Below are positions 8,949 to 13,464 of a stretch of DNA of 13,464 bases, one piece after another. The stretch is from contig NW_021826174.1 in NCBI RefSeq assembly GCF_006345805.1, positions 1 to 13,464 of the forward strand, given 5' to 3'. This DNA is from Octopus sinensis. Its lineage: Eukaryota. The translations under genes were made by a program, and so were the position numbers. Position 1 is the stretch's first letter. Each line of letters begins with the position of its first letter. The notes under the pieces are model-generated. The model worked only from the letters and a program-made list of their open reading frames with translations. It was not told the DNA's origin and did not search any database.

Positions 8949-9165
8949 ATATATTCTTTTATTTTATTATCTGTTCCAATCATTTAACTGCGGCCATGCT
9001 GGAGCATGACCTTCAGTCGAGCAAATCTGCCCTAGGACTTATTCTTTGTAAGCCTTGTACTTATTTAATCGGGTTCTTTTGCCGAACCGCTAAGTTGCAG
9101 GAACGTAGACACGCCACCATTGGATGTCAAGGGATGGTGGGGGACAAACAGAGACACACAAACAC
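8949..9165 (-). mobile_element. SINE family B, 3' half of an older copy
   Basis: Colinear with 8541-8755 but with many substitutions, and ends in (TA)n at about 9166-9191. Confidence 0.88.
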
Positions 9166-9191
9166 ATATATATATATATATATATATATAT

Positions 9192-9457
9192 GATTAAACC
9201 TAGCTAAGTTAAATATTTAAATCACCTGAAGAATGACTGTAACTCGAAATTTTAAGAATTCGACATAATTTTGATATATATTTAAAATAATATAAATGAA
9301 TTAATCTTATGTATTGGCTTAAGTTTTTCATTGTATGATTGCCTAATAGTGGTTTATCTCTAATTAATATAATATAATATTTTACTATAAAATTGGATTC
9401 AATCCTAAATCTGATTTTTCCCTGTAAGTTTGGATTTATTCCCTAATATTTTATTAT
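9192..9457 (+). mobile_element. AT-rich (TA)n-bounded island with a decayed hammerhead-like motif at 9221-9275
   Basis: CTGAAGA at 9226-9232 and GAAA at 9246-9249. ATCA (9221-9224) can pair with TGAT (9272-9275). Bounded by (TA)n on both sides. Confidence 0.4.
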
Positions 9458-9475
9458 GTATATATATATATATAT

Positions 9476-9616
9476 GTACAAAATGTGGTGTACAAAACAA
9501 ACAGATGTATTAGTATAACGCTCAAGAATAGAAAAAGTCTTTTACGTTTCGAGCCTACGCTCTTCTACAGAAAGGGACACAGAAAAGACAAGGAGAGAAA
9601 AAAATGTGTGTAGTGG
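9476..9616 (-). mobile_element. Repeat island with hammerhead-like motif (same group as 6753-6884)
   Basis: See 6753-6884. It abuts (TA)n on the left and the SINE B head on the right. Confidence 0.55.
9537..9578 (-). ncRNA. Minimal type I hammerhead ribozyme-like motif (core variant)
   Basis: Minus strand reads GUC(CC)UUU-CUGUAGA-A-GAGC(GUAG)GCUC-GAA-ACGU-A-AAAGAC. Stem I is 6 bp with a 2-nt bulge, stem II is 4 bp, stem III is the palindrome ACGU, and the triplet is GUA. Deviations from consensus: A6 to U and an extra A after A9. Confidence 0.55.
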
Positions 9617-9776
9617 CTGGACCTCTTTCAGTTTCCTTCTACCAAATTCACTCACAAGGCTTTGGTCGATCCGAGCTTACAGTTGAAGACACATACCGAC
9701 GGTGCCACGCAGTTTTGGACTGAATCCAGGATCATGGGTTGGAAAGTAAACTTCTTAACACAGCCACGTCTGCGCC
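9617..9776 (-). mobile_element. SINE family B, 5' half of an older copy
   Basis: Minus strand GGCGCAGACGTGGCTGTGTTAAG...GGAAACTGAAAGAGG, a diverged match to 8790-8947. Confidence 0.88.
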
Positions 9777-9779
9777 TCT

Positions 9780-9783
9780 GATA

Positions 9784-9860
<77 letters not shown>

Positions 9861-9925
9861 TATATGTGCGTGCACTCGCGTGTGCGTTTGCTACATATAT
9901 ATACATATACATATATATATATCTA

Positions 9926-9956
<31 letters not shown>

Positions 9957-9957
9957 A
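9780..9957. repeat. Long (TA)n microsatellite with interruptions
   Basis: Directly visible. Confidence 0.95.
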
Positions 9958-10076
9958 TTGTAAACGTAAAAAACACAAACTGGGACAAGAACGTGAAACA
10001 TTTTGAGGACGACAGAAAAACACACAGCTCTCAGTCATCAGTCAAGAACCAGATCATCTTCGCAATTTCGCCTGAT
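9958..10076. mobile_element. (TA)n-bounded repeat, family E, internally deleted
   Basis: Homology to 7275-7377 as described above; (TA)n on both sides. Confidence 0.6.
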
Positions 10077-10562
10077 TATATATATATATATATATAAATA
10101 TAAATACATATGGATCTTTGTGTGTGTGCGTGCGTGTGTATGTGATGTGAAGGTCTAGCTTCAGAACCCTGTGGTGCCGAAATTATTTTCTGTCGGTTTG
10201 TTGAGTTTTTATGATATTTAGGCGGTAGTTAATCTTGTGAGATTATTTGTCAGAAAAAAAAAAAGAAAAAACTTTGGTGTCTCTAATAGAAGAATCGAAG
10301 ATCTAAATTTTTTTTCTTTACATTTTACCCACTTCTCCACTTTCTTGGAAATTGGGAACCAAGATGGCTGTCAGAGTTGTATGTATATGTGTGTAAATAC
10401 GTATGTAAACGTATTATGATGTTGCTAGTGTTGATGTTGTTGCTGTTTGTGTGAAAAAAGTAACAAGTAGACAAATTTTCTTCCGCATCAACGATTCTGT
10501 TTCACGCCACTGCTTTCTCAGACTGCATTCCTTGCTTTGCGCCGCCAACGTAACTCACAGGC

Positions 10563-10579
10563 ATATATACATACATATA

Positions 10580-10650
<71 letters not shown>

Positions 10651-10740
10651 TAGATATATATATATATATATATATATAAGTATGTATGTATGTATGTATG
10701 TATACATATATGTATGTTAGATATCCATCCATATCTACCT
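10563..10740. repeat. (TA)n/(TATG)n microsatellite
   Basis: Directly visible. Confidence 0.95.
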
Positions 10741-10829
10741 CACATGCTATATCACTCAACGGCTGTTCTCCCCATCACCATCACCACTGTTAAAAACAAC
10801 AGTGACACAATTCACTTTATAGTCCTCTC

Positions 10830-11081
10830 CACTACCACCACCACCAATATCCTCATCATCATCATCATCATCATCATCGTTGTCGTCGTCATCATCACTA
10901 ATTACCACAGCAGCCATAATCGTTATAACTCGTTAATCCTACTAAAGATATCAGGAGTAGACGCAGACGCTAAAGAAACACTCCTGCTGCTGCTGCTTAT
11001 ACTTACTACTACTCTACTACTACTACTACTACTACACTACTACAAATACTACTTACTACTCTGTACAACTACTATATATAT

Positions 11082-11120
<39 letters not shown>
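10830..11120. repeat. (CAC)/(CAT)n, (CTG)/(CTA)n trinucleotide runs, then (TA)n
   Basis: Directly visible. It explains the poly-I/L/T stretches of ORF 10690..11121. Confidence 0.9.
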
Positions 11121-11122
<2 letters not shown>

Positions 11123-11689
11123 AAACAGATCAAATACATAATACATACATACATGCATGCATACGCACACTTATATGTATATGTACACACATACATATAT
11201 TTATACTCAACTTGACCCTAACCTAGTTACCTATTCTCCTCCCTCCCTAAGCTATCAACAAGGTTTAGGAGGTCTTATACTTACCCTTGATCATAACGCG
11301 TGGGTGTCACAGATAAGTGGAGATGTAATATAAAGAATGTGGGTCTAGCAGACTCTTCTTTTCCCTTTTCTCCTATGTATGTAAGGCTTCCCTCACCCCT
11401 TAATTTTAAACATCATTGCTTCTGTCCCTTCTCCCTTCCCCTCTGCCTGTATTTAAAGGGTTTCTCTATAAACCAGGTGGCTTTGATATTACAGTCCCCT
11501 ATTTTGTTCGTATTGAGTTACACTGTCAAATAACGAGATAATGGCGACGTTGTAGCCGTTGCTGCTGTTGTTTTAAGGAGTATAGACAGAAGGAGATTTC
11601 GGCTGCTGTTTATAAGTCAATCGATTCCGCTGAGCCTCAATTCTTTGCCTCCAGCAAATAGTCTTGCTGTGGTTGTTGTCCTTAAAATA

Positions 11690-11990
11690 ACAGATCGATC
11701 TTGATAGAGGCGTTCTAGTAGTAACCATCGTATCTTAAATTACTTTTCCACATTGAGTATCTAGGACTACATTATCCAAAGTGTGGGGCTTTTGCCGTCT
11801 ACATCGGTGGGTGGTCCTGAACAGCTCTGGTGGGTTCTAACCACATACAGAGTTGCTTCACTGCTTCATGAAACATCGACTCCTGCACTCGGCGACGTAG
11901 TACAATGGCTCTCGCAGTACACAATTCTTTACCTTAAATGATAAAAGGTATGATTTGAAGAAGATTGCTATTTCTAGTAGATCAGTTGGG
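11690..11990 (+). mobile_element. Family D repeat remnant, apparently split by ~145 bp of unrelated sequence (about 11787-11930)
   Basis: 11765-11784 and 11931-11977 match, in the same order, segments that are contiguous in the reverse complement of 4599-4725. Confidence 0.45.
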
Positions 11991-12085
11991 TACGTTGAAG
12001 TTTCATCTCTGAGACATTGCCGGTATTCTTGTTGTTATTGTTTAGTCCAGGGTAATTCCGGATCAAATAAACCAATATTTCAAAT

Positions 12086-12316
12086 TCCTATTTCTTTATT
12101 ACCCTCAAGGGACTAAACATAGATGGGGCAAACAAGGACAGACATAGGTATTAAGTCGATTACATCGACCCCAGTGCGTAACTGGTACTTAATTTAATCG
12201 ACCCCAAAAGGATGAAAGGCAAAGTCGACCTCGGCGGAATTTGAACTCAGAACGTAACGACTGACGAAATACCGCTAAGCATTTCGCCCGGCGCGCTAAC
12301 GTTTCTGCCAGCTCGC
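12086..12316 (-). mobile_element. SINE family C, near full length (tail type 1)
   Basis: Reverse complement of 4812-5042. TSD CCAATATTTCAAAT at 12072-12085 and 12317-12330, extendable to 17 bp with 1 mismatch. Confidence 0.93.
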
Positions 12317-12409
12317 CCAATATTTCAAATACCATCCAGCCTTGTCTAACGTAATCACAGTTGATTCAATATAACAACGAATGCATTATCGAATGATGTC
12401 TCTTAAATA

Positions 12410-12500
12410 AGTGGTTCTCAACTATCTTTTCATCTATGGACCACTTTGATCCTTATTTCTGTCTGGTGGGCGCCCAGAGCCATTCCTTGTTTAAAAACAC
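12410..12500 (+). mobile_element. Possible hAT-type DNA transposon terminus (fragment)
   Basis: AGTGGTTCTCAAC at 12410-12422 resembles the CAGTGGTTCTCAAC TIR typical of hAT/Charlie-like MITEs. No partner TIR was found. Confidence 0.4.
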
Positions 12501-12558
12501 CGAACACAAAGAATAGGGCAAGGTAAGTTATTGCAGCCATTATTTTAGTAGCGATTTA

Positions 12559-12791
12559 AGGCGGCGAACTGGCAGATTCGTTAGTACGCCGGGCGAAACA
12601 CTTTGCGGTATTTCGTCTGCCGCTACGTTCTGAGTTCAAATTCCGCCGAGGTGAACTTTGCCTTTCATCCTTTCGGGGTCGATTAAATAAGTACCAGTTA
12701 CGCACTGGGGTCGATATATTCGACTTAATCCGTTTGTCTGTCCTTGTTCGTCCCCTCTGTGTTTAGCCCCTTGTGGGTAATAAAGAAACAG
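12559..12791 (+). mobile_element. SINE family C, full length (tail type 1)
   Basis: Colinear with 4809-5041. Confidence 0.92.
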
Positions 12792-13045
12792 ATATAACTC
12801 GACAAAATCCAAACATTTCACTTCGGGTACTTCCGTGGGTTGTGGAGGATAGATATAACGAAATTATGCCAGCAATGTCTCATTTTAAGCTTGAAGAAAA
12901 ATAAAAGCCTTGCATATTTGTTCTTACCTGTTTCAGGTGTTTATGTAAAATCCGCAAATTTCCAAGCAGAAAACAGAATCGAACTGTCATTTGCTTCCAC
13001 GGAAATACCCGAAGTGAAATGTTTTGATTTTTGTCGAGCTATATC
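12791..13045. mobile_element. MITE with ~48-bp terminal inverted repeats (255 bp)
   Basis: GATATAACTCGACAAAATCCAAACATTTCACTTCGGGTACTTCCGTGG (12791-12838) is the reverse complement of 12997-13045 with about 4 differences. The termini are TA-rich (possible TA TSD). Confidence 0.85.
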
Positions 13046-13227
13046 GAAGGAATGCCCGCATATAGTTACACACACATAAGCCCATACATGTACATACCTA
13101 TGAACACATGCATGTACACACACGCTATGTGCAAAATGAACCGAAATGTTATTTTCTGTAAAGAACATGGCGCGTGAAATGATTCAGTTTGTGAAACATT
13201 TCTTCACAAATATTAGCGACCTTTAGC

Positions 13228-13445
13228 TATTACCACCACCACCACGTCCACCATTAAGGCATCATCATCGACGTCATCATCATCATCAACGCCATAGCTC
13301 CTGTTTGTTTCATGTGTCCATGAGATAGACAGGGAGTTTTTTTTGTCCTTTCTCCCACACAACCACGCACCAACATCGATAGCAAACAGCAACAGCAGCA
13401 ACAACAGAAGCAGCAGCAGCAGCAGCAGCAGAAGGAGAAGCACCA
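13228..13445. repeat. (CAC)/(CAT)n and (CAG/CAA)n trinucleotide runs
   Basis: Directly visible. It explains the poly-L ORF 13213..13446. Confidence 0.88.
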
Positions 13446-13464
13446 AACAACACTTCTTTATTGG

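Noticed and set aside
11200-11530. Possible solo LTR (TATTTAAA box, compositional shift) and an ATACTTACC U1-like word at about 11277
   Set aside because: No clear TG...CA ends with TSD. ATACTTACC is only 9 nt and is not followed by U1 sequence.
11765-11940. 58-codon open frame DYIIQSVGLL...ILYLK
   Set aside because: No start or splice context and no recognisable motif.
1-13464. CRISPR array, prokaryotic operon or defence system
   Set aside because: No regularly spaced repeat-spacer array and no gene-dense coding DNA. The window is eukaryotic repeat-rich sequence.

Overview
AT-rich, microsatellite-dense eukaryotic non-coding DNA (intergenic or deep intronic). No host protein-coding gene can be supported, and the listed ORFs are microsatellite read-throughs or chance frames in repeats. 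The SINE families and simple-repeat load look like an octopus (coleoid cephalopod) genome; this is inferred from recognition, not from a search. The window is a mosaic of mobile elements: three tRNA-derived SINE families (called A, B and C here; probably the octopus OR1/OR2/OK-type SINEs, individual assignment unverified), a 5'-truncated RTE-clade LINE end with a 10-bp TSD, a non-autonomous Helitron with canonical ends, two MITE-like elements, and several short repeat islands bounded by (TA)n. The most interesting signals are (1) three hammerhead-ribozyme-like motifs in microsatellite-bounded islands, suggesting Penelope-like or retrozyme-type elements, (2) a fold-back SINE that forms a long hairpin and has an alternative upstream pairing partner, and (3) nested insertions centred on SINE tails and on the internal TA microsatellite of SINE B.
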